The notes under the pieces are model-generated. The model made no database searches. It saw only the letters and a list, made by a program, of their open reading frames with translations, and was not told the origin of the DNA. A program made the translations under genes and the position numbers. DNA of 63,709 nt, the filler included, from an uncultured Methanosarcinales archaeon (lineage in GTDB: Archaea > Nanobdellota > Nanobdellia > Woesearchaeales > JAGLXL01), in the NCBI GenBank assembly GCA_964472345.1. It is 3 parts of 3 records of this genome, joined end to end, with 100 filler letters (N's around TTAATTAATTAA, not from the genome) between each part and the next. Parts side by side here need not be neighbours in the genome. Positions count along the whole stretch, not along the records: positions 29,166 to 53,689 come from CAYYLB010000009.1; 2 more parts are not named here. One strand, 5' to 3'. Shown in pieces: positions 40,677 to 50,934 of this stretch; within the stretch, counting starts at the first letter, position 1; every line of letters begins with the position of its first letter.

Positions 40677-42134
40677 TTAATGATCAAAGTACAGCACAAA
40701 CTCCCACGGATGCGGCCTCAGGCGCACCTGGTCGCATTCCTGGCGCTTCAGCGCGACCCACGTCTCGATGAAATCCCCGCTGAAGACGCCGCCTTTGGTC
40801 AGGAACTCGTGGTCGGCTTCGAGCGCGTCGAGGGCCTGATCGAAGGATCTCGGGACGGATGCGATGGTCCTTGCCTTTTCCGGCGGCAGGTGGTAGGTGT
40901 CCTCGTCCAGCGGCTGGCCGGGATCCATCTTCTTCTGCACCCCGTCAAGTCCGGCCATGAGCATGGCGGCAAATGCAAGATAGGGGTTGCACATCGGGTC
41001 GGGGGAGCGGAACTCGACGCGCTTTGCCGCCGGCGCAGCAGAGTACATCGGGATGCGCGCGGCTGCGCTGCGGTTGCTTTTTGAGTACACCAGGTTGACC
41101 GGTGCCTCATACCCCGGCACGAGGCGCTTGTAGGAGTTTGTCGTCGGCGCGCAGATGGCCATCAGGGCAGCTGCATGCCTGAACAGGCCGCCGATGTAAT
41201 TCCGCGCGAGCGTGCTGAGCTGCGCGTAGCGGTCATTCTTGTCATGGAACAGGTTGGCGTCATTGCTCCAGACGCTCTGATGGGTATGCATGCCTGAGCC
41301 GTTGTCCTGGAAGATGGGCTTTGGCATGAAGGTGACCACCTTGCCTTGCCTGTGCGCGACGTTGGTCAGGATGTACTTGAGCTTCATGACATTGTCGGCC
41401 TGCTGCGTCAGCGTGCTGTAGCGGATGTCGATCTCAGCCTGCCCTGCGGTGGCAACCTCGTGGTGCTGGCGCTCGACGGTGATGCCTGCGGCCTGCAGCG
41501 CGCGGACCATCTCGTTGCGGATGTTCTGCTGCTTGTCGACCGGAGGCACGGGAAAGTAGCCTTCCTTGTGGCGCGGGCGGTAGGCCCGGTTGGTGGTGCC
41601 GTTCATCTCCTGCCCGCGGTTCCAGATGCCCTCGTCCGAGTCGATGAAGTAGAATCCGGACTGCGCATTCTGGTCATAGCGGACATGGTCGAGGATGAAG
41701 AACTCCACTTCAGGGCCCCAGAAGCTGTGCGTCCCGATGCCGCTTGCCCTGAGGTAGGCTTCGGCGCGCAGCGCAATCGTCCTCGGGTCGCGGTCATAGG
41801 GCTCGAGCGTGCCGGGATAGGCAACCGTGCAGATGAGGCTGAGGGTGCGCGGCTCGCTGAACTCGTCGATAAAGGCGCTTTTTACATCGGGTATGAGCAT
41901 CATGTCGCTCTTGTTGATTGACTGGAAGCCCCGGATGCTCGAGCCGTCGTAGCCGATGCCGCCGGTGAAGATGTCATCCGTGAACTCCTCCACCGGAATG
42001 CTGAAGTGCTGCCACTTGCCGAGCAGGTCAACAAACTTGAAGTCGACGACCGCAAAATCGCCGAAGCGCTGTTTCAATGCCGGAACCGCCGCATCGGGCT
42101 GAGAACGCAGCTGTACGGCTGTTGCTACGACCAT
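40677..42134 (-). CDS. glnA: Glutamine synthetase type I
   Basis: DGSSIRGF, GPEVEFF, HHEVA, FMPKP..DNGSGMH, YKRLVPGYEAP. Confidence 0.97.
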   Translation of the reverse strand: MVVATAVQLRSQPDAAVPALKQRFGDFAVVDFKFVDLLGKWQHFSIPVEEFTDDIFTGGIGYDGSSIRGFQSINKSDMMLIPDVKSAFIDEFSEPRTLSLICTVAYPGTLEPYDRDPRTIALRAEAYLRASGIGTHSFWGPEVEFFILDHVRYDQNAQSGFYFIDSDEGIWNRGQEMNGTTNRAYRPRHKEGYFPVPPVDKQQNIRNEMVRALQAAGITVERQHHEVATAGQAEIDIRYSTLTQQADNVMKLKYILTNVAHRQGKVVTFMPKPIFQDNGSGMHTHQSVWSNDANLFHDKNDRYAQLSTLARNYIGGLFRHAAALMAICAPTTNSYKRLVPGYEAPVNLVYSKSNRSAAARIPMYSAAPAAKRVEFRSPDPMCNPYLAFAAMLMAGLDGVQKKMDPGQPLDEDTYHLPPEKARTIASVPRSFDQALDALEADHEFLTKGGVFSGDFIETWVALKRQECDQVRLRPHPWEFVLYFDH

Positions 42135-42449
42135 CACGGACCACCTCACTGTTTTTGTTTTTTGCAACGTTGCTGATGTATTTATATTTATGCGTTTCTT
42201 TTTTGAACGATTGTTTCTCTAATGCCTGTTTTGGTGAGCATTTGTTTCATTCGTACCCGTTCCCTGCCGCTGTTTTAAACAGGCGTCATCTCCCGCCATC
42301 CCCTGCAACGGCTCAGCTTTCGGTAGCGTGCGGGCAGGCAGGACGGAAGACTGCCGGTTTGGAAGTGCCCATGACGCAGGAACGGGCACTGCGGCTTCAA
42401 CCGCTTTTCTCCCATAACGCTTAAAAATCCGACCGTTCCCGACGGACGG

Positions 42450-43487
42450 ATGGAGCATTCCCTGCAGCAGGCCGCGCTTCCCCGCAACGAGAAGCAGCAC
42501 CCCGTCGGCCGGAAGCATGCGGCCGTCGTCGGCCTCGGCGCGCTCGGCTCGGTTGCCGCTGAGCTGCTCGTGCGGCATGGCATCGGGAAGCTGACGCTGA
42601 TCGACCGGGACATTGTCGAAATGCATAATCTCGGGCGACAGCGGCTTTATGGTGAGCGTGATGTCGGCAAGCTGAAGGTGGTAGCAGCGGCAGAGAAGCT
42701 TGCTTGCGTGAACCGTGGCGTGGCGCTGGCGGCCCGCGCAATCCACCTTGAGCAGGGGACGATGCACGAGCTTGCGGAAGCGGACGTGGTGCTCGACTGC
42801 ACCGACAACCTCGAAACGCGGTTCGCGATCAATGCCTTCTGCCGGAAGATGCGGATCCCCTGGGTGCACGGCGCGGCTGCCGGTGCCATTGGCGTTGTGA
42901 TGCCGGTCGTTGATGGTGGGTATTGCTTTGCGTGTGTCTATGCCGGGCGCCGCGATGGGCTTGATTGTGACGATGCAGGCATCCTGCCCATGACGGCGCA
43001 GATGGCCGCAGCGCAGCAGGTGGCGGAGGCGCTGAAGATCCTGGCCGGAGAGGAAGCGACCAACGGCATGATCCGGCTTGACGGCAGGGACGGCTCGCGG
43101 CAGCGGTATATAATCAGAAGGAACCCTGCCTGCCCGGTGTGCGCGGGTGATCCTGCCCCCCGGACTGATGCTGCCCGCGCTGCCGGAGATCCTTCTGATG
43201 GAGGCGCGGTGCGCGTGAACGGCTTCTCCTTCAGCGTCGCGAAGTGCAGCACGCGGGCCGCTTATTCGGCGAGGCCATCGAAGCAGGTGAGGCTCGATCT
43301 GAGCGCCATCAGGAAGGATTTCGAAACGGTTGTGGAAACGCCCATCGTCGTCGTGATCCGTGAGCAGGGCGTCGAGGTCGTGGTGCACCAGTACGGCGAG
43401 CTGGTGTTCAAGCGGTGCGACGATGTGGAGAAGATGAAGGAGATTGCGGAGAAAATATACGCTGCTGGCCTGGCGGGAAGCTCATGA
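42450..43487 (+). CDS. ThiF/MoeB E1-like adenylyltransferase with C-terminal extra domain
   Basis: GLGALGS, IDRD.VE..NL.RQ, DCTDN, CFAC, CPVC. Confidence 0.9.
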   Translation: MEHSLQQAALPRNEKQHPVGRKHAAVVGLGALGSVAAELLVRHGIGKLTLIDRDIVEMHNLGRQRLYGERDVGKLKVVAAAEKLACVNRGVALAARAIHLEQGTMHELAEADVVLDCTDNLETRFAINAFCRKMRIPWVHGAAAGAIGVVMPVVDGGYCFACVYAGRRDGLDCDDAGILPMTAQMAAAQQVAEALKILAGEEATNGMIRLDGRDGSRQRYIIRRNPACPVCAGDPAPRTDAARAAGDPSDGGAVRVNGFSFSVAKCSTRAAYSARPSKQVRLDLSAIRKDFETVVETPIVVVIREQGVEVVVHQYGELVFKRCDDVEKMKEIAEKIYAAGLAGSS

Positions 43488-44116
43488 ACAAAGCGATACT
43501 GCTGCTTTCCGGCGGCATCGACTCCCCGGTTGCCGCGCATCTGATGCAGAAGCAGGGGCTTGGGCTGGCCGCGCTGCACTTCTACAACAGGCATCTCGGG
43601 GACATTGACACCGTTGCAAAATGCAGGGCTCTGTGCGAAAAGCTCGGCATCGCCAGGCTCTATCTCATTCCATTTGATGAGCAGCAGGCGGAGATCGTCC
43701 GGAAGTGCACGCACAGGTATTACTATATTCTCCAGCGGCGGCTGATGTGGCGGATTGCGGAGAAGCTTGCGGAGCGGGAAGGTGCAGCATTTTTAGTGAC
43801 GGGGGATAACCTCGCGCAGGTTGCAAGCCAGACGCTGAGCAACATGACCACCATCCAGCGCGCGGTGAAGATCCCCATCCTGCGGCCGCTGCTGTGCAAT
43901 GACAAGGTGGAAACGATCAAGCTCGCAAAGGAGATTGGGACGTATGACCTCTCCACGGGGCCTGAGGTGTGCTGCCTGCTGGGGCCGAAGCATCCGGCGA
44001 CGGGGAGCGATCCTGCGGTGATTGAAGCGGAGGAGCGGAAGGTCGATGTTGCGCAGCTTGTGAACGTCTCCCTTTCTTCTGCGGAGATCTTATCACTCCC
44101 ATTGTCACATTCTTGA
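43484..44116 (+). CDS. thiI: ThiI-like tRNA sulfurtransferase, PP-loop domain only
   Basis: LLSGGIDSPVA, TGDNLAQVASQTL.N, ILRPL, IGTY. Confidence 0.88.
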   Translation: MNKAILLLSGGIDSPVAAHLMQKQGLGLAALHFYNRHLGDIDTVAKCRALCEKLGIARLYLIPFDEQQAEIVRKCTHRYYYILQRRLMWRIAEKLAEREGAAFLVTGDNLAQVASQTLSNMTTIQRAVKIPILRPLLCNDKVETIKLAKEIGTYDLSTGPEVCCLLGPKHPATGSDPAVIEAEERKVDVAQLVNVSLSSAEILSLPLSHS

Positions 44117-44201
44117 GCTTAGTTGAGATCATTGCATGACCATCCTCATGGAGATTATAAAAAGCCATCGGCACCGTCGGCGGCAGCATCGTGCGCTCCA
44201 C

Positions 44202-44534
44202 CTAGTCCGTGTTCAAATGCTCATTGATGGAACTGATGATGCGTCCGTGAAATGCCCTTGTGACCGTGCACAGCTTTCTCTTGATGATCATTTTATGGAT
44301 AGTGAATAATCGGTGGGGCTTCACCCAGCTCTGGAAAGGCAGCTCCCCATGCTCAAAACAGCCTTTGTCCATGAGTACCCCATCACTCGCCGGATTGCTC
44401 GTAATCAAGCAACAAATCCTGTCCTCGCTCCTGTTGATATTCTTGTTTGAGATAATCAGCGCTGGCCGGTGTTTCGCGCCCGTCAAATCAGAGTAGGGAA
44501 ATGGAAGCAGAACGACATCCCGTTGGTTATACAC
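44202..44534 (-). CDS. PemK/MazF toxin
   Basis: DVVLLPFPYSD...K.RPALIIS, ITS. Confidence 0.92.
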   Translation of the reverse strand: MYNQRDVVLLPFPYSDLTGAKHRPALIISNKNINRSEDRICCLITSNPASDGVLMDKGCFEHGELPFQSWVKPHRLFTIHKMIIKRKLCTVTRAFHGRIISSINEHLNTD

Positions 44535-44581
44535 GAAAAAACCACCTCTTGGTTTTTTGTGTCTCAGAAATCTTTGATTTC

Positions 44582-44812
44582 TTAGACATTGTTCCATCGC
44601 TCGTCCGCTTCATTATTCCACTCTTTTTTCAGAACATCCTCTGAGGCAAGCATGGTCAGGATACTCTCTCGTTGTGGGTGTTTCTCGAGCTGGTCGAGTT
44701 CTTCCAAACGTTTCTTTATCATTTTGCGGACGTACTCGCTCCACTTCATCTCGGAGTGCTTCCGCATGTGCTTATACACCGTGTCCTCAATCGAGAGGGT
44801 GATATTTGTCAT
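44582..44812 (-). CDS. RHH antitoxin
   Basis: MTNITLSI...Y..MRKHSE.KWSE; ASEDVLKKEW..EADERW. Confidence 0.85.
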   Translation of the reverse strand: MTNITLSIEDTVYKHMRKHSEMKWSEYVRKMIKKRLEELDQLEKHPQRESILTMLASEDVLKKEWNNEADERWNNV

Positions 44813-44902
44813 AAGAAAAGATAAGTGAGCTCACTTATTTAAATGTTTCGGGAGCTGAAGCGCCCAACAACCTTAATAAACAATGTGGTGCATTTCTCCT
44901 TC

Positions 44903-46303
44903 ATGATCCGCGTCTTCAACACCCTCACGAAAAAAGCAGAGCCGCTGAAGCCGCGCAGCGGCAGGAAGCTCAGCCTCTTCGTCTGCGGGCCGACAGTCTA
45001 TGACCTCTCGCACATCGGCCACGCAAAGACCTACATCCAGTTTGATATGATGGTAAAATACCTGCGGCATCGCGGGCATGACATCTTTTACCTGCAGAAC
45101 ATCACCGACATCGATGACAAGATCCTGCAGCGTGCTGCGGAGCGCCATGAGCCGTGGAAGGCGCTTGCGGAGCGGTTCGAGCAGGCGTACCATGAGGATA
45201 TGCGCGCGCTGGGCGTTGATTCGGTCACGCAGCATGCGCGCGCGACCGAGCACATCCCGCAGATCGTCAGGCAGGTAACGGCATTGCTCGCAAAAGGAGT
45301 TGCATATGAGATTGATGATGGCATCTATTTTGATCTCTCAAAGTTTCCCCGCTACGGAAAGCTGTCGGGCCGGACGTCGCTCGGGGCGGAGGACGCGGTT
45401 TCACGCATTGATGAGAGCAAAGGCAAGCGCAACAAAGGCGATTTCTGCCTGTGGAAGCGCTCCAAGCAGGGAGAGCCGCACTGGGATTCGCCGTGGTTTC
45501 CCGGCAGGCCGGGATGGCACATCGAGGACACCGCCATCACGGAAACATTTTTTGGCCCGCAGTATGATATGCATGGCGGAGCGCGCGACCTGATCTTCCC
45601 GCACCATGAAGCGGAGATTGCGCAGATGGAGGCTGCTTCCGGAAAGAAGCCGCTGGTGAAGTACTGGCTGCACACGGGCTTCCTGACGGTCAACGGGCAG
45701 AAGATGTCCAAGTCGCTGGGAAATTTCATTACCATCCGTGATGCGGTTGAGAGGTGGGGTGCCCAGGCGCTGAGGTGGCTGTTTGCGAGCGCCCATTACC
45801 GGAGCGCGATGGACTTTTCCGGGGAAGCGGCTGCCTCGGCGCAGCACGCAGTGGAAAGCCTGCAGAACACGCTGATCGCGGTGAAGACAAAGCTGAGAAC
45901 CGCGGAGCAGGGCCGCGACGCAGCGTTTGAAAAGCGGCTCGCAGCGCTGCGGAAGCAGTTCTTTGGTGCGATGGACAGCGATTTCACCGCGCCAAAAGCG
46001 GCTGCGGCGCTGTTTGCGCTTGCGCATGGGCTGAACGCATACGAAGGCGGGAAGCAGGCGCTGGCGCGCGGCCTGGAGATGTTTGAGGAGCTTCTGGGGG
46101 TGTTCGGGCTTGCGTTCGACACCATTGTTGCAGTGCCTGCGGCGGTGCGCGGGCTTGTTGCGCGGCGGGAGCAGGCGCGGAAGGAAAAAGACTGGAAGAG
46201 AGCGGACGCATTGCGGGCAGCGGTTGAGAAGCTCGGCTTTGCCGTTGATGATACTGCTGCCGGGCCGGTTGTCAGGCGGAAGAAACCGGTAAAGAAAAAT
46301 TGA
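44903..46303 (+). CDS. cysS: Cysteinyl-tRNA synthetase
   Basis: CGPTVYD..HIGH, GRPGWHIE, FPHHE.E, KMSKSLGN. Confidence 0.97.
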   Translation: MIRVFNTLTKKAEPLKPRSGRKLSLFVCGPTVYDLSHIGHAKTYIQFDMMVKYLRHRGHDIFYLQNITDIDDKILQRAAERHEPWKALAERFEQAYHEDMRALGVDSVTQHARATEHIPQIVRQVTALLAKGVAYEIDDGIYFDLSKFPRYGKLSGRTSLGAEDAVSRIDESKGKRNKGDFCLWKRSKQGEPHWDSPWFPGRPGWHIEDTAITETFFGPQYDMHGGARDLIFPHHEAEIAQMEAASGKKPLVKYWLHTGFLTVNGQKMSKSLGNFITIRDAVERWGAQALRWLFASAHYRSAMDFSGEAAASAQHAVESLQNTLIAVKTKLRTAEQGRDAAFEKRLAALRKQFFGAMDSDFTAPKAAAALFALAHGLNAYEGGKQALARGLEMFEELLGVFGLAFDTIVAVPAAVRGLVARREQARKEKDWKRADALRAAVEKLGFAVDDTAAGPVVRRKKPVKKN

Positions 46304-46317
46304 AAAGAAAGAAGAAA

Positions 46318-46476
46318 TTACTTCTTGCTGGGAAGGATCTTAAACATTGAGGTGCCGCACTTGGTACACTTGCCTTTCATCGCCGGGCGCGAGCCGCCTT
46401 TCGCCTTCATCTTGACTTCCTTGGTGTCCGCCATCTCACGTTTTGCCTTGCACTTGACACAGTAGCCTTCAACCAT
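46318..46476 (-). CDS. DUF5679-like zinc-ribbon protein (52 aa)
   Basis: MVEGYCVKCKAKREM...GKCTKCGTSMFKIL; SD GAGGGG. Confidence 0.85.
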   Translation of the reverse strand: MVEGYCVKCKAKREMADTKEVKMKAKGGSRPAMKGKCTKCGTSMFKILPSKK

Positions 46477-46686
46477 GTTCTCAACCCCTCTTCCTGTTGA
46501 ACTGAGACTGATACCATCACTATCGCCTCAGGCAAGGAGGCACAATCTCCACTTATTTAAAAACGTTTGGGTTTTGTGAGCTTATTTCCTTCAGTGAGGC
46601 AGTGATGCATACCATAGGCGAAGCCTCTCCGTATCACACCGGCCCCTTCAGCAGCGCCTCTCCTGCACGACGTGCCCCCTGTTGGC

Positions 46687-49116
46687 TTATCCTTTAATCC
46701 CTATCTCAATCGGCAGGCTGTCGCAGGTCATCGTGACATCATCACCGAAGCAGAGCGCCTTCGCCTGCGTCACGGCCTTGAGGTCTGCTTCCATCTTAGT
46801 GACAATCTGCTGGAAATTCTCAAGCGTGCTGCGGAGGACGATTTCCGCAAGCTCCTGCTTGAGCGAGAGGCCGCGCTGCGACTTGTATTTCCTGACTGCG
46901 GCGATGATAGTGCTGGCGATGGCACCTGCGCGCTCCGCCTGCTCATCAAGCAGAGTCTTGTCCGATTCAGGCCACGATGAACCGTGGATGCTTTTCTGTT
47001 TCTCCTTTTGCGCAAAGTGCTGCTGGTAGAGCTCCTCAGTGATATGGGGCATGATGGGGGCCATGAGCTTCAGGATGACCAGAAGCGCATGCTCAAGCGT
47101 GTATTGGGCGCTGCGCTTCCCTTCCGGGCTGCGGGCAGCGTTATAGAGCCGGTCCTTGACCATCTCAAGATAGTCATCGCAGAATGTGTGCCAGAAGAAG
47201 GTGTCCGCCTCGAGCCTGAGCTTGCTGTAGTCATATGCCTCGAAGCTCTCCGTGGCGAGCATGGTGAGCCTGCTGAGCTTGCTGAGGAGCCATCGGTCGA
47301 ACGGCTCGAGCTTCTCCGGCTTTGCTCCATCATAGCCCTCAAGGTGCTGGAAGCAGAAGCGGGCAGCGTTCCAGAGCTTGTTGATCAGCTTCCTGCCGGT
47401 GACAAGCTCCTTCTCCTGGAATGCGCTGTCTTCGCCGAGTCTGGATCCTGCGGCGGCAAACCGGAGGGCGTCCGCGGCATACTTCTGCATGATCTCCTGG
47501 GGGGCGATCACATTCCCTTTCGACTTTGACATCTTCTTGCCATAGGGGTCGAGCACCCATCCTGAGATTGCAGCACTTTCCCATGGGTTCTTCCCGAAGT
47601 GCAGCCTGTTCTTGGCCATCGTGTAGAAAAGCCAGGTGCTGATGATGTCATGCCCCTGCGGCCGGAGGCTCATGGGGAGCAGCTTCCTGTACACGGGGTG
47701 CGCTTCAAATAGTCTTGCTGCGAGCAGCGGCGTGAGGCTCGAGGTCGCCCAGGTGTCGAGGACGTCCTTTTCCGGATCAAATGCGGTGCCGCGGCACTTT
47801 CCGCAGCTTCCATTGGGCTTGTCGGTGAGCGGGTCAACCGGCAACTGCCCCTCTTCCGCGGGCTTCGCCTCGCCGCATTTCCTGCAGTACCACACCGGGA
47901 ACGGGACACCGAAATGCCGCTGCCGCGAGATGCACCAGTCCCATTTCAGGCCGCGGACCCAGTTGTCGTAGCGCAGCTTCATGAACGGAGGGTACCATGT
48001 GAGCGTTCCTGCAGCCTTCAGGAAATCCTCTTTGAGATCAAGGTAGCGGATGAACCACTGCGTCGAGGTGAGGTACTCGACGACCGTGCCGCAGCGCTCG
48101 TGCGCATTGACGGTGTGCGTGATCTGCTCGCTCTTCTTCACCACGCCGAGCTTCTGCAGGTCTTCCACGATCTTTTTCCTTGCCTGGGCGACGGTGAGGC
48201 CGCGGTAGCTGCCCGCGTTCTCATTCATCGTCCCGTCAGGAGCGATGAGGTGGAGCTTCTTTGCGACGGGATGGCGTGTCTCCCATTCGAGGAACTGCGC
48301 GTCGCCGCTGCTGCAGAAATAGACGACGCCGGTGCCGAATGCGGGGTCGACCATCTCATCGGTGCTGAGCTCGATGCGCGCGCCGGTCAGCGGCATGACG
48401 ACCTTCCTGCCGACGAAGGGGCGGTATCTTGCGTCCGCAGGATGTACGGACATGCCGACGCAGGAGAGGTAGAGCTCCGGCCTCGTGGTGGCGAAGACCA
48501 GCGGCTCGCCGCCCTCCGTCTTCACCTCGATGGAAACGAGCTGCGTCTGCTTCTCCTTGTCCTGCATCTCCGCCTGCGCGATGGCCGTCCTGCACTCCGG
48601 GCACCAGATGGTGGGCGCCTCCTTGCGGTAGGCGCGGCCCTTCTTGTACAAATCAATGAAGCTCCACTGCGAGATGCGCCGGCAGTGCTCATTGATCGTT
48701 GAGTAGAGGACGGAGAAATCGCAGGAGATGCCGAGGCGCTTCCAGTCGCCGATGAATTCCGGGCGGAGCTCGTCGAGCGTTTTCAGGCACAGCGCGATGA
48801 AGGCGCTTCTTTCCATGTCGGCTGCCCTGATACCCTTGAGCTTCTCGACCATGCGCTCGGTCGGCAGGCCGTTGTCATCCGTGCCGAAGGGGAAGAACAG
48901 CTCGAAGCCGCGCATGCGCTTGTAGCGCGCGATGAAGTCCTGCTGGCTGTAGGAGAACGCATGGCCGATGTGCATCCGGCCTGACATGGTCGGCGGAGGC
49001 GTGTCAATCGAGAAAATGGGCTTTTTTGATTCCGGATCGAAGGCATAGACCTTGTTCTCTTCCCAGTAGCGCTGCCAGTGCGCTTCACGCTCCTGCGGGT
49101 CGTAGTGGTCGGCCAT
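46687..49116 (-). CDS. valS: Valyl-tRNA synthetase (archaeal type)
   Basis: DTPPPT.SG..HIGH, ATTRPE, WDWCISRQR, KMSKSKGN. Confidence 0.96.
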   Translation of the reverse strand: MADHYDPQEREAHWQRYWEENKVYAFDPESKKPIFSIDTPPPTMSGRMHIGHAFSYSQQDFIARYKRMRGFELFFPFGTDDNGLPTERMVEKLKGIRAADMERSAFIALCLKTLDELRPEFIGDWKRLGISCDFSVLYSTINEHCRRISQWSFIDLYKKGRAYRKEAPTIWCPECRTAIAQAEMQDKEKQTQLVSIEVKTEGGEPLVFATTRPELYLSCVGMSVHPADARYRPFVGRKVVMPLTGARIELSTDEMVDPAFGTGVVYFCSSGDAQFLEWETRHPVAKKLHLIAPDGTMNENAGSYRGLTVAQARKKIVEDLQKLGVVKKSEQITHTVNAHERCGTVVEYLTSTQWFIRYLDLKEDFLKAAGTLTWYPPFMKLRYDNWVRGLKWDWCISRQRHFGVPFPVWYCRKCGEAKPAEEGQLPVDPLTDKPNGSCGKCRGTAFDPEKDVLDTWATSSLTPLLAARLFEAHPVYRKLLPMSLRPQGHDIISTWLFYTMAKNRLHFGKNPWESAAISGWVLDPYGKKMSKSKGNVIAPQEIMQKYAADALRFAAAGSRLGEDSAFQEKELVTGRKLINKLWNAARFCFQHLEGYDGAKPEKLEPFDRWLLSKLSRLTMLATESFEAYDYSKLRLEADTFFWHTFCDDYLEMVKDRLYNAARSPEGKRSAQYTLEHALLVILKLMAPIMPHITEELYQQHFAQKEKQKSIHGSSWPESDKTLLDEQAERAGAIASTIIAAVRKYKSQRGLSLKQELAEIVLRSTLENFQQIVTKMEADLKAVTQAKALCFGDDVTMTCDSLPIEIGIKG

Positions 49117-49171
49117 TGGTGCAGGAGAAGAAGGGATGTTTAAAAAGGTGTGGGCGGTTTGTCCGTTTGCT

Positions 49172-49795
49172 TCAAGTCCGCCTGTCGCTGCCAGGTGCTT
49201 CTTCACCGCCGCACGTACAGAGCTTCATCGTGACGGTGCACTCAATCGTACTCTCGTATTGTGGTTCCCCCGCGATTGTTTTTCCATCGATACCCGCCCG
49301 CGCTTCCTTCATTGCATACTCTTCTGTCAGTCCTTCGGTGCAGCGTGACGACGTCTCGACGTTCCAATCGAGGACGATGCAGGAATCGTCTTGTTCCTTG
49401 CAGAATGCCGTGCACCGGGTAAGCACCCTGTCCCGTGCCTCCTGGCAAAGCCTTTGCTCGTTTTTCTTGTTCTGATCGCAGGCACCGGGCACGCTGGCCG
49501 TTTCGGTCTCATCGGGCCAGGCCTTGACCAGCAGTCTTTCTGTCGGTGATTCTCCCCGGTCAACTACAAAAGGGAAGCCATAAGATTTGCTGTCGCTTTG
49601 GAATACTTGGTGGTAGGTGGCAGCGCAGCTATCTTTCCCTTTGCCAACGACATCTGGTGCCTTTCCCACGACGCCTCCGCGGAGGTTCTGTACGGCGCTG
49701 GGAGTGATAAGAAGGACCACACCCACGACCACAACAATCGTGATGATTCCAAGAACCGCAATGCAGATTGGCGCCTTTTCGTTGCCTCTTTTCAT
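49172..49795 (-). CDS. Cys-rich membrane-anchored protein
   Basis: N-terminal TM GIITIVVVVGVVLL; many Cys. Confidence 0.75.
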   Translation of the reverse strand: MKRGNEKAPICIAVLGIITIVVVVGVVLLITPSAVQNLRGGVVGKAPDVVGKGKDSCAATYHQVFQSDSKSYGFPFVVDRGESPTERLLVKAWPDETETASVPGACDQNKKNEQRLCQEARDRVLTRCTAFCKEQDDSCIVLDWNVETSSRCTEGLTEEYAMKEARAGIDGKTIAGEPQYESTIECTVTMKLCTCGGEEAPGSDRRT

Positions 49796-49917
49796 CTGAA
49801 CCCTCTGCCACAATTATTATCCCAGTGTAGTTTATAACTCTTTGCCTGAGATGAGCGAACCGCAAGCTCTTATAAACGCGGCACCGCCCTCGGCTCTGAA
49901 AAAGAGTTCCGGCATCG

Positions 49918-50028
49918 GGAAGCGCGCCTTGCTGCTCTACGGGCCTCCGGGCTCCGGGAAGACGTGCAGCGTGTACGCGCTCGTCAGGGAGCTGCAGCAT
50001 GGGGTGCTTGAGATCAACGCGAGCGATT
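49918..50028 (+). pseudogene. Duplicated internal fragment of rfcL (Walker A region)
   Basis: 106/111 identical to 51044-51154. Confidence 0.92.
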
Positions 50029-50073
50029 CCATTCCAGCAGCGCCGGTGGCAGCCTTCGCTGCCCTGACCGACC

Positions 50074-50274
50074 CTAGACCAGCTCCTCTGCGGCCTTCGC
50101 CCCCGAGAGATAGTCATCTACATCCAGGCTGCTTTTGATGCCCAGCTGCGTCAGTGTCTCCATCATCTCCGAGAGCGTCACGCCTGCGAGCTCTGCAGCC
50201 TTGCCGATGGAGATCTTCCCTTCCCGGTAGTTCAGGAACGCGAAGGAGACTTTTCCCGGCCCTATCAGCTCTCG
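50074..50274 (-). pseudogene. 5'-truncated UPF0175-type antitoxin
   Basis: YREGKISIGKAAELAGVTLSEMM; no start codon. Confidence 0.7.
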
Positions 50275-50275
50275 T

Positions 50276-50581
50276 TCACGTCGGGATAATCCTCATCCCC
50301 TCCTTTTCTCCCACCAGCAGGCCATGCTTTCCAGGGGCAATCCTGTACTGCTCTACCATGCGCCGCGGGATCCGCACGGCAATGCTGTTCCCCCAGGTGG
50401 CGAAGGTGATTTCCCGCGCTTTGCGCAGCTGGCGGTACTTGTCCGCGAGGCCCTTCAGCTGCCGGGAGTTCATGAGCTCCTCGCCGCAGGCAGTGCACTT
50501 GTAGGTTTCAAACGCAATGCTGTCCCGCTTGATGAATCCTTCTGTTTGCTCCATTCGTCCCTTGCAGATTGGGCATTGCAT
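50276..50581 (-). CDS. YgiT-like zinc finger plus AbrB antitoxin
   Basis: CPIC..CTACGE; WGNSIAVRIP. Confidence 0.85.
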   Translation of the reverse strand: MQCPICKGRMEQTEGFIKRDSIAFETYKCTACGEELMNSRQLKGLADKYRQLRKAREITFATWGNSIAVRIPRRMVEQYRIAPGKHGLLVGEKEGMRIIPT

Positions 50582-50582
50582 C

Positions 50583-50834
50583 TCAGTTCCCCCGCTCAAT
50601 GGTTTTGATGACGATTGCGTGCCCGACATCTTCGCCGACGCAGATGATCGAGCCCTCCTTCGATCTCCTGATGATTTTGATCCCGTGCTTGCCAAAGCGC
50701 ACGACGCTTCCCGTCCTGAGGACGCTGTACACCTGGTCAGGGTAGGCTATCTCCCGCTCCCGGGCACGGACAACCGCGTGGGTTGACAGGAATACCGGCT
50801 TACCGTCAATGAGGATGTCTTCGCTGTCATCCAC
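50583..50834 (-). CDS. DUF4258-like toxin
   Basis: STHA..RA.ER.I, IVIKT; GTG start inferred from the TATA box. Confidence 0.65.
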   Translation of the reverse strand: MDDSEDILIDGKPVFLSTHAVVRAREREIAYPDQVYSVLRTGSVVRFGKHGIKIIRRSKEGSIICVGEDVGHAIVIKTIERGN

Positions 50835-50934
50835 CGCTGCTGTTTGGATATACATGTATATAAATGTTTCTTCGTTCGCATCCATTCACGTTGACACCGC
50901 AACATTTATTACCGCGCTCCACTCCGGCGGGCTC

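Noticed and set aside
44149..44204. Possible AbrB remnant (KAIGTVGGSIV)
   Set aside because: Too short and frameshifted to support
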